Origin: Squalus acanthias | Lineage: Eukaryota | Length of the DNA stretch: 64,000 bases | Assembly (NCBI GenBank): GCA_030390025.1 | Contig: CM059449.1 | Span: 15,686,001-15,750,000 of the forward strand | Direction of reading: 5' to 3' | In this document: one piece after another, positions 49,435 through 62,212 of the stretch | Layout of the letters: each line of letters opens with the position of its first letter | How positions within the stretch are numbered: position 1 is the first letter of the stretch | Position numbers and translations under genes: made by a program | The notes under the pieces: model-generated | What the model saw: the letters and a program-made list of their open reading frames with translations, nothing else | What the model was told of the DNA's origin: nothing | The model's database searches: none

Positions 49435-49898
49435 AAAAAAGTCTTGCATTTCTATAGCGCATTTCACGACAAAAGGACATCCCAAAGTGCTTTGCAGCCA
49501 ATGAAGAACTTATGAAGTGGAGTCACTGTTGTAATGTAAGAAACGCAGCAGCCAATTTCTGCACAGCAAGCTCCCACAAACAGCAATGTGATAATAATCA
49601 GATAATCTGTTTTTGTTATGTTGGTTGAGGGATAAATATTGGCCACTGCACCGGGGATAGCTGCCCTGCTCTTCTTCGAGATAGTGCCATGGGATCTTTT
49701 ACATCCAACTGAGAGGGCAGACGGGGCCTCGGTTTAATGTCTCATCCGATAGACGGCACCTCCGACAGTGCAGCACCCCCTCAGTACGACACTGGAATAT
49801 CAGCCTAGATTTTTGTGCTCAAGTCTCTGGAGTGAGATTTGAACCCACAACTTTCTGACTCAGAGGCGACAGTCCTACCCACTGAGCTATGGCTGACG
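49435..49898 (-). mobile_element. DeuSINE (SacSINE1-like) with L2-type tail
   Basis: tRNA head (tagctcagtggg...ggttcaaatc), Deu domain gtgctgcactgtcggaggtgccgtctatcggatgagacattaaaccgaggccccgtctgccctctcag, and tail gcgctatagaaatgcaag. Confidence 0.85.
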
Positions 49899-51164
49899 CC
49901 GATATGATAGCAATTGATGTTTGATTTTTACTCTGGAGTCCAAGATTGTTTTGGACATTCTAGGATATATTTCTCTTAATTCCTGTTGTACAGAAATACA
50001 TGATCAGAGGTCTCGAGCGAATGTTTAAAATAGGGTATCTAGCGTAGCACAAACATTATGTACAGCCCATAATTTATGTAATCTTTAGCCCATTTCTGTC
50101 GGAAACTCTACCAATTCATTGTTGTATTAATTGCGGTACAGTTAAGGTACTGTTCCCCATGTAAGGGTATGATGTTTCATTAAGCGCTGATCTTTTTCCC
50201 ATTGTCCTATTTATCCTCACACTTTCTAGTTTCCTTGTGATGAGATTTGTCACTCTGTTTCATTACTTTGTTTTCTAATACTTGTTTTTCTTTGAGCATC
50301 GTGAACTGCTGTAAATGTTGCTGTTCAGCATTATACCGAAAACCAGAACTGGTGTTTTTCCCCCTGCAAAATATCTGTATGCGGGAAATAAGTGTACGGT
50401 GCCCCTGCCCCATCGTCACCAACACCCAAATCCATCAGTTGACAAGTAATCTACAAATGGTAATAACTTGGTCTGAAATTCATTTTTCTGTTACTTTTGT
50501 GAAAGAACGAATCTACTTTTTATAAAAAGCTAAAACAAGGAGAACATTTTCAGGTAAACATGTAAAGAGCTGGTATCCTCGTCTCCGACAGCCTAATGTC
50601 TTGCTTTTTATCAAGTATCCACGCATAAACCCACCAATAAATGCAATGTTTTCGGGTAAAGCAGTGGAGCCTATATGTTATGTTTCAATCATTCTAATCT
50701 GGCACAATTTGCATAAAATAAATAATGGTTTCCGTCATTTTATTCCAATTTGGGGTCATAATAGTGGCAGTAAAGGTGAATATCTGGTACTATTGCTGAA
50801 AGGCTAAACCATGGTAATACTCGAACTGGAAATCTGAATAAGGTGGTTACAAACGTACCAGATTTTTACACTATGATTGTGATTTACAATAAATGTGATT
50901 GCCATTGAAACTATTGAAATTAACTTTTCAAATTTTATTTTGATGAATATGTTTCCTCATCACGGAGGCAATGGAAGTACTGAACATTCAACCCATGTGG
51001 GACCTTTTTCTCCTCCCCCAAATACTGCATCTAACGCCGACTTCAGACTGCCCACTTCCGATGATGATGGTGATTTTCCATTTCCTAACGGCCTTCTCAC
51101 AGTCCATCTTTCGACTCAATGCATTCAGGAGAAATAAGCTTCCCCATAGGCTGCACGCAAACTT

Positions 51165-51420
51165 TTATTTTATTCCTTCTGGGGAAGGTGGGCGTCGCTA
51201 GTTCATCCCTAGTTGCACTTGAGAAGGTGGGGGTGGGCCTCCTCCTTGAGTCACTGCAGTCCGTGGGGTGAAGGTACTCCCAAAATGCTGTTAGGTAGAG
51301 AGTTCCTGGATTTTTGACCAAGCGACAATGAAGGAAAGACGATATATGATGATACAATTCGGGATGGTGTGTGACTTGGAGGGGAACTTGGAGGTGATGG
51401 TGTACCCATGCACCTCGGTT
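51165..51420 (-). mobile_element. LINE 3' end (family of 59020-62212)
   Basis: Collinear with 59030-59280. Confidence 0.75.
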
Positions 51421-52619
51421 GTTCCTACGAACTACATTTCCATCGGAGTTTAATTGTTTGATGTCGGACATTTTCAGATTGGCCTGAGTCTGTGTTTACT
51501 TAGCAATAATAGTATTGGGTGGCTTTAAGGAGATGCTTTCCTACCTTAGTAGCAGAATAATATACCGTGTCTTACATGGCATAACGGTTGTGTACTTGTA
51601 AGATAAACACCATCCACCTCAGAGTGATCAGTACGATGAACAATTAGCCTTCCCATCTTGGTCCGTAGGAAAAACAATGTTAATCTATGTTATGTTCCAG
51701 TACGTGCTGCCTTGTTCTACTCTATGTAGCGCGCTTGAGTAAGATTAAATTGTACATAACTACTTATTTCTAAGCCCAATTAGGATTCAAACTCATTTCG
51801 TCAAGTAAAATAAAACGAATCAAGCATTTTGCTCATTAACTGGTGGTGCAAAAATCACTTTATCACCCATTACAAGATAAAACATTGGCAACAGTTCGTA
51901 TAGAAGTTTCAAGAGTACTGTTAAGCCGAAACTTCTGGAGTGAAATTAAAATAAACATAAAGAGTAAGAGACACTGGTTATTGATCAGAAGAATTTGGGA
52001 TTGTGTTTGGAATAGTACATTTTCCTCTGCTCACTTACGTCAAGTCTGTCGGAATTTAGAACAGATTTTAAAATCTTCAATGTTTCCTTCATAAAGTGAA
52101 GAGCTTGACTTGCCAAAAAATCCTATTCCTTAAACTAAATTGAATTCCATTCGCCACCAATCTGGAACTGTTGCTTACTGAATAACCATTCGGAGATTTC
52201 CCAAATAATGTTTTATTAATTCGGCATGTGCCTTCACTTCTTTTGACTTTAACAGGAAGAAGATGATGATGGCACAGTGAAACTGGGCGGATGGATGGAA
52301 AGCACAAACTCACTCTGATACAAAGACTCACTGTAATACGAAGACTGCCGTGTTAAATTGCCTTCCGTCCAGACCACGTCCCTGCAAGTCATTCTTGGCA
52401 ATACACAAGTCTCAGTGCGGCAACTTGATCAAGCTGGCAGTTCCATATTTGCGAAACATTCAAAGATACTCACATTATAGACCTTTGGCATGAAGACTCT
52501 TTAATATTTTCATGTTGGTGAGCTGCTGCCTTAAATAGCTGCAGTGTGGACCACTAGTTATTCTGCTGTTTAATTACTTCGGTCCGTCTTAGATTTGAAA
52601 ATGTGTTCTTTAAATAGTC

Positions 52620-53010
52620 ATCCTTGTCTTCAAATCCCTCCATGGCCTCGCCCCTCCCTATATCTGTAATCTCCTCCAGCCCCACAGCCCCCCGAGATAT
52701 CTGCGCTCCTCTAATTCTGCACTCTTGAGCATCCCTGATTATAATCGCTCAACAATTGGTGGCCGTGCCTTCAGCTGCCAAGGCCCTAAGCTCTGGAATT
52801 ACCTCCCTGAACCTCTCCGCCTCGCTAACTCTCTCTGTCCTCCTTAAAGACGCTGCTTAAAACCTACTACTCCTGTACTAATATCTCCTTATGTGGCTCG
52901 GAGTCAAATTGTGTTTAATAATCGCTCCTGTGAAGCGCCTTGGGACGTTTTGCTACATTAAAGGCGCTGTTTCAATACACGTTGTTGTTGTTGTTGTTGT
53001 TGTTGTTGTT
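52620..53010 (+). mobile_element. L2 LINE 3' end with (GTT)10 tail
   Basis: ILVFKSLHGLAPPYI...GGRAFSCQGPKLWNYLP, then tgtgaagcgccttgggacgttt...aaaggcgct and (gtt)n at 52981-53010. Confidence 0.85.
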
Positions 53011-53446
53011 ATGTTTCAGTTTCTGAAGTAAATATGTTTGCCTTTGATAACTTCCCAAACTTTCCTTGCATTCCCAAGGAAATATTTGGATCTACGCAGT
53101 AAATTACCTTAGTTGTAGAATTTCACTTCACTGTCAAAACAATCATGTTAAATATAAATGAAAACATTGCAAACAGCTTTGCACCGTGCGGTCGGGATCC
53201 TCACAACACAAAGGTGTTCACCATGGCATAGACTCCCCGCACCGTATGCCATATTTTCCAAAAACATCTTATCTAGGCGTCTCTGAAAATAAATAAGCTC
53301 AAAGACACAGGAGTCAGATCTCTGCAATAGCTCAGGAGCCTTATAGCGTTGTTATATTCCTTACTTACCTATCCAGCGTTCGATGGAGAACACTTTAAGG
53401 TTAATTACTCATCGATTTCAATTAAATAGTGTTATTTTAAGACATT

Positions 53447-54118
53447 GGCCCTGAATTTCCAATCCAAAGCTTCCTGCGAGCGGATGCCTCCGATTGGAAA
53501 AAATCTACGAACCTTACTGCTGGTTCCATAGATCCCGAGGCTTCCGATCCTGGGCCTCTCCTGTTGGAAATGCGCAGAGCCTCAGGTAGCCGAGGGGCGC
53601 ATGCGGTTTGCCCCAGCCCCCCTGGGATCACGTGGGCCAGGCGAACCAATCATACGCACAGAACTGTCAAAAGTATGAATGGAGATCACATCTAAAAACA
53701 CACTAAAGAATTAAATAATTTTTTTAATTACATAATTTAAAATTAATTAAAATTCAATTGAACTAAAAATAAACTTACTTTTTTGAAGAGTATTTTTAAT
53801 TTATAAATGAGTTATCAAAGTTAATTTTTCTATTTTTCAACACTCATAAGCTGGTAATAGCAGGCCTTACGCATGCTTTTACCAGGCGTAAGAATTCTCT
53901 GGCCTTTCAGCGGGCGGAAGTTGTGGAAAAAGAGCAACTCTCCACCCGCATAGGCACTTTTCCCGGGCAGGCGGATGATCTGTCAAGAGAATTCTTGACA
54001 GATCGCAAGTACCGGTTTTCAGCGCATGCGGTTCGCATGCCTGAAACCGGCACTTGCGCGGACCCTACGGTCGCATATGCTCCTCGTACGCACCAGTGGA
54101 GGTGGCAAAATACGGACC
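53447..54118. mobile_element. Non-autonomous DNA transposon related to 4554-5400 and 63399-64000
   Basis: Ends ggccctgaatttcc / ggcaaaatacggacc. It shares the blocks gggatcacgtg, an AT-rich core with aataaacttac, and the ccggttttcagcgcatgcg...gaaaccggc hairpin. Confidence 0.6.
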
Positions 54119-55029
54119 ATAGTTTCTTGCCTCCAAACTATTCATTATACAGTTAGGGGTTGAATTTCTATGAGGGTTTACATGATCATCCACCGTGACT
54201 TCGAAGGAAACACTGGAGAAAAGGGTATAAACATATTCAAGGTAGCAAATGCCTGTTCAATTTGGCCGCCCAGGACGCCGGAAAAACCGTGAGGCCAATA
54301 TGGCTCTGGACATATTTCAGCTGTCGTTGGGGCGCAGGGCATAGTCCTGTGAAACTGTTCATGGTTACCCCCATTTTCCGCGCAGAAAACGAGCGTAATG
54401 AGGACCAATTTCCACCCTTTCCCCAGATGCCAGCTCTGAGATACTTATTGCCAAACTATCGGTGCCAATAAATAAAAGTCGGGGCAAAAACTGCATAAAT
54501 GCGGACAAAGGGCTGATGAAAGCCAGAGAGTGTGGGCGCTAGCGCAAAACGGGCGAGAATGAAACAGCCATAAATGGAATAGGGAATTGGGCGGGGTGTA
54601 AAATGTGCTTTCCATCCACTAGAGGCCATTTTGCCCTATCGTCCACGAACAATTTCACGCCCATGGAATGTTAGAAGTCGTCCCACGATGAATCCAGTCC
54701 TCTTTGCCCATATAAGAACAGCGCCACATCCGTATCCTGAGCTATCTGCTAACAGATAATCACCATAACCTCCGGGAAACAACGCTAAGTGGGTCGGGTC
54801 CAATCCCATTGCATTTCCGATCGGTACCGCCTGGCAGAAACCCGTAAGTGAAGAAACGAGAATCGGCCCCATCTAGTCTGAAACCCACCAGTGTGTTTTG
54901 CTTTACAAAATGAAATTTTATCATGGAATTTGGAGATATTTGTTGATTATTAACAATATATAGAACTGGAAACCTTAAACGAGAGATGGAGTGGGTAAGT
55001 ACCACAACTTCACGCCGTTGCACATAATT

Positions 55030-55238
55030 TTTTTATTCGTTCCTGGGATATGGGCATCGCTGGCAAGGCCACCATTTGTTGCCCATCTCAAGTTGCCCTC
55101 GAGAAGGTGATGGTGAGCCGCCTTCTTGAATACAGCTGAATGGCTTGCTAGGCCATTTCAGAGGGCAGCTGAGAGTCAAACACATTGCTGAGGGTCTGCA
55201 GTCACATGTCGGCCAGACCTGGTAAGGATGGCAGATTT
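55030..55238 (-). mobile_element. tRNA-SINE 3' half
   Basis: Same core and tail as 47532-47912. Confidence 0.75.
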
Positions 55239-58012
55239 CATAAGAACATAAGAAATAGGAGCAGGTGTAGCCCATTTGGCCCTTCAAGCCTGCTCTGCCA
55301 TTCAATAAGATCATGGCTGATCTTCTACCTCATCTCCACTTTCCTGAATTAAACCCATATCCCTTGATTCTGTTAATATTCACGAATCTATCGATCTCTC
55401 CCCATCCCAGGAACCAGTCTGGTGAACCTTTGTTGTACTCCCTCTATGACAAGTATATCCTTCCTGCTCTCTGTTTTCTGTCCATTAACAAATCCTCAAT
55501 CCATGCTAGTATATTACCCCCAATCCCATGAGCCCTAATTTTGTTTAATATCCTCTTGTGTGGCACCTTATCAAATGCCTTCTGAAAATCCAAATACACC
55601 ACATCCACTGGTCCCCCCTTATCTATTCTGCTAGAAACAACCTCAAAAATCTCTAATAGATTTGTCAAACACGATTTCCCTTTCATAAATCTGTGTTGAC
55701 TCTGCCCAATCCTGTTATTATTTTCTAAGTGCCCTGTTACCACGTCCTTAATAATAGATTCTTGCATTTCCCCTACTACTGATGTCAGGCTCACTGGTCT
55801 GTAGTTCCCCGTTTTCTCTCTCCCTCCTTTCTTAAATAGTGGGGCTACATTTACTACCTTCCAATCCATGGGAACCATTCTAGAATCTATGGAATTTTGG
55901 AAAATGACACCCAATGCATCCACTCTCTCTATAGCCAACTCTTTCAAAACCCTAGAATGTAGGCCATCAGGGTCCAGAGGATATATTGGCTTTTAGTCCC
56001 ATTAATTTCTCCAGTACTACTTTTTTACTAATACTAATATCTTTCAGTTCCTCATTCTCGCTAGACCCTTGGTTGTCCACTATTTCCGCGAGATTTTTTG
56101 CGTCTTCTTCCATGAAGACAGACACAAAGTATTTGTTTAATTTCCCTGCAATTTCCTTATTCCCCATTATAATTTCTCCTGTCTCAGCCTGTAAGGCACC
56201 CACATTTACTTTCGCTAATCCTTTTCTTTTTACATACTTATAGATGCTTTTACAGTCTGTTTTATGTCTCTACCTAGTTTACTCTCATATTCTATTTTCC
56301 CTTTCTTTTCAATTTCTTGGTCCTCCTTTGCTGAATTCTAAATCCTCCCAATCCTCAGGCTTACGACTCTTCTTGGCATCATTATAAGCCTCTTCCTTTG
56401 ATCTAATACTATCTTTAACTTCTCTTGTTAGCCTCGGTTGGACCACTCTTCCTGTGAGGGTTTTCTGCCTGAAAGGAATGTATATTTGTCGGCAATTTTG
56501 TATTAATTCTTTAAATGCTAGCCATTGCTCGTCCACTGTCATTCGTTTTAAGGTAGTTTCCTGATCTACCTTCGCCAACTCGCCCCTCATACCTACATTG
56601 TTTGCTTTGTTTAGATTTAAGACCCTAGTTTCGGATGTAACTAAGTCACTTTCATACTCAATATAAAATTCTATTATATTATGGTCACTCTTCCCTAAAG
56701 GCCCCTTTACTTATTAATTAACCCTTTCTCGTTGCACAATACTCGATCTAAAATAGCCTGTTCCCCAGTTGGTTCCTCAACATACTGGTCTTGAAAACTA
56801 TCTTGCATACATTCCTTGAATGCGTCCTCCACACTGTTACTGAAAATTTGGTTTGCCCAGTCTATATGTAGATCAAACTCCCCCATGATTATTGTGTTAC
56901 CCTTGTTACATGTCCTCTAATTTCCTGATTGATACTCTGCCCTACATTACAACTACTGTTTAGATATAAAAGTCGATGTTAAGTCCGGAAGGCTGTAAAG
57001 TGCCTAATCGGAAGATGAGCCATATCTCTGTTATGGCTATTAAATCATCTTCCGATTAGGCACTTTATAGCCTTCCGGACTCAATATCGAGTTCAACAAT
57101 TTCAGGTCATAACCTTGGCCCCTACCATATATATATTTATATTATCCACCCTTTTGGTTTGTGCCTTTTCCCTTTTTTTCTCTCTCCCCACGGCAGCTGT
57201 CTCTCATTCTGCCAGCATTTCACACTTCACAATTTGGAGCCGCTTTTTGTTTCTTAACCTGTCCTATTACCATCTCGTCTTCCCTTGAGCATCTCTTAAT
57301 GTCTCCACATACCTTTTGTTCTTTTATTCCTCCCCCCAGCCTCCCCCTTGCTTTTTTATCTGTTTCATTTCCTGCTTTTTTCTCATTTCTGACGAAGGGT
57401 TTGGACCTGAAACGTTAACTCTGTTTCTCGCTCCACGGATGTTGCCTGGCCTGCTGAGTTTTTCCAGCGTTTTCTGTTGTTGCTTCTAAAAGTTATGTAT
57501 CTTGGAATATTTAGTACCCAACCTTGACCAATTTGAAACCACATCTCTGTTATGGCTATATATCAAACCTGTTAATTTCTATCTGCGCTATCAATTCATC
57601 TATTTTGTTGCGAATGCTTCGCACATTCAGATATAGTGCCTTTAGCTTTGACTGATTTCTCTTTTTCGCTGATGTCACCTTAGTCACTGATGCCTTATTA
57701 CCTTCATTACTCTCTCTGTTCCTTCCTGACCCACTCAGATGATGTTTTAGCCAAAACTCTTCTCTACACCAGAGCCTTTATATTTCTCTCACTGCTTTTA
57801 AATTTACACTTTCCTGAATTCTCCCGCCCTCGCCCCCCCTTCATTAGTTTAAAGCCCTGTCGACTGCCCTAGTTATTCGGTTCGCCGGGACACTGGTCCC
57901 AGCCCGGTTTAAGTGGAGCCCGTCCCAACGGAACAGTTCCCTCTTTCCCCAGTACTGGTGCCAGTGCCGCATGAACCAAAACCCCTTCCTCCCAAACCAA
58001 TCTTCGAGCCTG
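55239..58012 (-). mobile_element. CR1 LINE: ORF1 esterase C-terminus, endonuclease and RT fragments, tail; interrupted by a Penelope insertion
   Basis: ORF1 end ELFRWDGLHLNRAG (SGNH esterase motif), APE start ALYLNVRSIRNKIDEL, and RT NYRPVSLTSVVG, KGKSCLTNLLE, VYLDFQKAFDKVPH. Confidence 0.85.
56975..57482 (+). mobile_element. 5'-truncated Penelope-like insertion with inverted 5' duplication and hammerhead motif (~57384-57420)
   Basis: IFRLGTL*PSGLNIEFNNFRS* is the GIY-YIG C-terminus. A 37-bp inverted repeat lies at 56982-57018 / 57045-57081. Hammerhead motif CTGACGA-a-gggtttggacct-GAAA-cgtt-aact. Confidence 0.8.
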
Positions 58013-59019
58013 AAGGAATTTAGTGAACCACATGCGTTTTTACGACAATACACGGGAACGCCGAGTGTCTCGGCGAGATCCTGTTATAGCAAACAGTAGG
58101 AGCAGGGAAACTCGGACAGCAACCTTCCAATTTCTGCTTTAACTGCGCCTGTGCGGACGCCGGAAGTTGCTGTCCGATTTACTTCTTAATAACCGAGACG
58201 GCTGATAGCCTAATAGTATCATATATAGAGAGCGTTCCGTTTCAATTGAAGTTCTGTTATGTTTATTTGGAGTCGAATGAAATGCGTTCTAAATGTCACG
58301 GAGGGAAATGCTTGGAGCAAGACTCTACAATATCTGTTGTGGAATTTCATGTTGGCAAAGCTTTATTTCGGACTGTAGTTCACTGCTGAGCCTCTACTTC
58401 AATCCCTTCATATCAGTGACGCCGAAAACCAACCAAATACAGAATGCCAATATCGGACTATTAATTTTATGCTTGCATTTAAGTGACAATTGTCTGTTTC
58501 AGAGTCCAATTTGCAGTGCCGATTGACTTTAAAAGAACTGTATAACAATCACATGAAAGTCATGGTTTAATCACCACGTGAGCAGCATTCAGTGTGCTGA
58601 CTGTCTTCTCGCTTTTGACAACGCATTGGAAATGACCGGAATTAATGGAATCTTCCTTTGGACAAAGATCGAGATATATTGAGCCATCCGGGCTATAAAT
58701 TCCCTGTTTGGAGCCCCGCTCTGTGCCGGATGAACAAGTGTCACTATAATTGGTGTTGGAAACCCCGGACGAGGAATGAGCAATATGCTCAATCTGACAC
58801 TCCTGGTGGAACCTGATGACCTCTAGTGAAAAGTGCACCAATGCTCACGTCGGGTGAGGGCCGGTCCCTATTATTTTGGGAAGCCCCAATTTAATGGAAA
58901 AATGTAAATATATCATGTGTGGTGGTCATCATTTCAAAGGTATATCAACTTCAGGATGATATCGTGTATATTAAATAAAATGCAGCAGATTGTTTGAATA
59001 TTATTAACATGTTACTTTT

Positions 59020-62000
59020 TAAAAATTTGTTTGTGGGATGAGGGCGTCGCTGGCAAGGTCAGCCTTTATTGCCCATCCCTAATTGCCCCTGAGAAGCTGG
59101 TGGTGAGCCACCTTCTTGAACCGCTGCAGTCCGTGTGGTGAAGGTACTCCCTCAGTCCTGTTAGGGAGTTCCAGGATTTTGACCAAGCGACGATGAAGGA
59201 TCGGCGATATACTTCTAAGTCAGGATGGTGTGTGACTTGAAGGGGAACTTGGAGGTGGTGGTGTTCCCATGCGTCTGCTGCCCTTGGATGTCTAGATGGA
59301 AGAGTTTGCGCGTTTGGGAGGTGCGGCCGAAGAAGCATTGGCGAGTTGCTGCAGTGCATCTTGTAGATGGTACACACTGCAGCTACCGTATGCCGGTGGT
59401 GGAGGGAGTGAACCTTTAAGGTGGTGGATGGGGTGCCAATCAAGTGGGCTGCTTTGTCCTGGATAGTGTCGAGCTCCTTGTGTGTTGTTGGAGCTGCACT
59501 CATCCAGGCAAGTGGAGAGTGTTCCATCACACTCCTGACTTGTGCCTTGTAGATGGTGGAAAGGGTTTGGGGAGTCAGAAGGTCAGACACTCGCTGCAGA
59601 ATACCTGGACTTTGACCTGCTCTTGTTGCCACAGTATTTATGTGGCTGATCCAGTTAAGTTTCTGGTCAATGGTGACCTCCAGGATGTTGATAATGGGAG
59701 ATTCGGCGATGGTAATGCCATTGAATGTCAAGGGCGGTGGTTAGACTCTAAGTTTTTGGAGATAGTCATTGCCTGGCAATTGTGTGGCGTGAATGTTACC
59801 TGCCACTTATCATCCCAAGCCTGAACGTCGTCCAGGTCTTGTTGCATGCGGGCATGGACTGCTTCATTTTCTGAGGAGTTGTGAATGGCACTGAACACTG
59901 TGCAGTCATCAGCGAACATCCCCATTTCTGACCTTATGTTGGAGGGAAGGTCATAAATGAAGCAGCTGAGGCTGGTTGGGCCCAGGACACTGCCCTGAGG
60001 GACTCATGCAGCGATGTCCTGGGGCTGTGATGATTGACCTTCAACCACCACAACCATCTTCGTTTGTGCTAGGTATGACTCCAGCCAGTGGAGCATTTCG
60101 CCCCGATTCCGATTGACTTCAATTTTACTTGGTCTCCTTGATGCCACACTCGGTCAAATGCTGCCTTGATATCAAGGGCAGTCACTCTCACCTCAGCTCT
60201 GGAATTCAGCTCCTTTGTCCATGTTTGGAGCAAGGGCGTAGTGAGGTCAGGAGCCGGGTGATCTTGATGGGACCCAAACTGAGCATCACTGAGCAGGTTA
60301 TTGGTGAGTAAGTGCCACTTGATAGCACTGTCAATGACACCTTCCATCACTTTGCTGATGATTGAGAGTAGACTGATGTGGCAGTAATTGGCCGGGTTTG
60401 ATTTGTCCTGCTTCTTGTGGACAGGACATTCCTGGGCAATTTTCCAATTTGTTGGATAAGTGCCAGTGTTGTAGCTGCACCGGAACACCTTAGCTAGAGG
60501 TGAGGCTAGTTCTGGAGCACAAGTCTTCTGCACGAAATCCGGGATGTTGTCGGGGCCCATAGCCTTTGCTGTATCCAGTGCGCTCAGCCGTTTCTTTATA
60601 TCATGTGGAGTGAATCGAATTGGCTGAAGACTGGCTTCTGTGATGATGGGGACCTCAGGTGGAGGCTGATATGAATCATCCACTCGGCACTTCTGTTGAA
60701 GATGATTGCAAACGCTTCAGCCTTGACTTTGCACTCACGTGCTGGTTCCGCCATTATTAAGGATGGGGATATTCATGGAACCTCCTCCTCCCATTAGTTG
60801 ATTAATGGTCCACCACCATTCACGAGCTTTGATCTGATCCGTTGATTGTGGGATCACTTAGCGCGGTCTATAGCATGCTGCTTCCGCTTTTTAGCATGCA
60901 TGTAGTCCTGTGTTGCAGCTTCCCCAGGTTGACACCTCATTTTTAGGTATGCATGGTGCTGCTCCTGGCATGCTCTTCTACACTCCTTATTGAACCAGGG
61001 TTGGTCCCCTGGCTTGATGGTAATGGTAGAGTGAGGTATATGCCGGGCCATGAGGTTACAGATTGTGGTGGAATACAATTCTGCTGCTGCTGATGGCCCA
61101 CAGTGCATCATGGATGCCCAGCTTTGAGCTGCTAGATCTGTTCTGAATCTATCCCATTTAGCACGGTGGTAGTGCCACACAACACGATGGAGGGTGTCCG
61201 TGAAGACGGGACTTCGTCTCCACAATGACTGTGCGGTGGTCACTGCTACCAATATTGTCATGGACAGATGCATCTGCGACAGATAGATTGGTGAGGACGA
61301 GGTCAAGTAGGTTTTTCCCTTGTGTTGGTTCTCTCACCACCTGCCGCAGGCCCAGATTAGAAGCTATTTCAATCAGGACGCGGCCAGCTCAGTCAATAGT
61401 GGTGCTACCGAGCCACTCTTGGTGATGGACATTGAAGTCCCCCACCCAGAGTAAATTGTGCCCTTGCTACCCTCTGTGTTTCTTCCAAGTGGTGTTCAAC
61501 ATGGAGGAGTACTGATTCATCAGCTGATGGAGGGCGGTAGGTGGTAATCAGTAGGGGGTTTCCTTACCCATGCTTGACCTGAAGCCATGACGCTTCATGG
61601 GGTCCGGTGTCAATATTGAGGACAGCCAGGGCCACTCCTTCCCGACTGTATACCACTGTGCCGCCACCCCTGGTGGGTCTGTCCTGCCGATCGGAGGATT
61701 TTGGGAAATTGGCTGAAAGGTATGATTCTGTAAGTGTGACTATGTCAGGCTGTTGCTTGCCTAGTCTGTGGGACAGCTCTCCCAATTTTGGCACAAGTCC
61801 CCAGATGTTGGTGAGGTGGACTTTGCAGGGTCGACTGGGCTGGGTGTGCCGTTGCCGGTGCCGGTGCCGAGGTCGATGCTGGGTGGCCCATCTGGTCTCA
61901 TTCTTATTATATTTCGTAGCAGTTAGTTACAACTGAGTGACTTGCTCGGCCATTTTAGAGGGCAGTTATGAGTCAACCACATGTAGGCCAGACCAGGCAG

Positions 62001-62212
62001 ATTTCCTTCCCTGAATTAGTGAACCAGGTGTTTTTTTAACGACAATCCGATAGTTTCATGCTCACCATTACTGATACCAGCTTTTTATTCCAGATTTATT
62101 TAATTAACTGAATTTAAATTCCCCAGTTGCCGCTATGGGATTTGAACTCAAGTCTCTGGATCATTAGTCCAGGCCTACTGGATTACTAGTCTAGTGACAT
62201 TACCACTACGCT
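59020..62212 (-). mobile_element. Near full-length LINE (CR1/L2-group, APE plus RT, no ORF1) with tRNA-derived 5' head; frameshifted
   Basis: APE: TNIWGLVPKLGEL...QPDIVTLTESYL, GDFNVHH, NLLDLVLTN, SDHRTV. RT: ALDIKAAFDRVWH, MFADDCTVF. The head at 61930-62212 has A/B boxes (gagttcaaatccc at 62137-62149). Confidence 0.9.
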
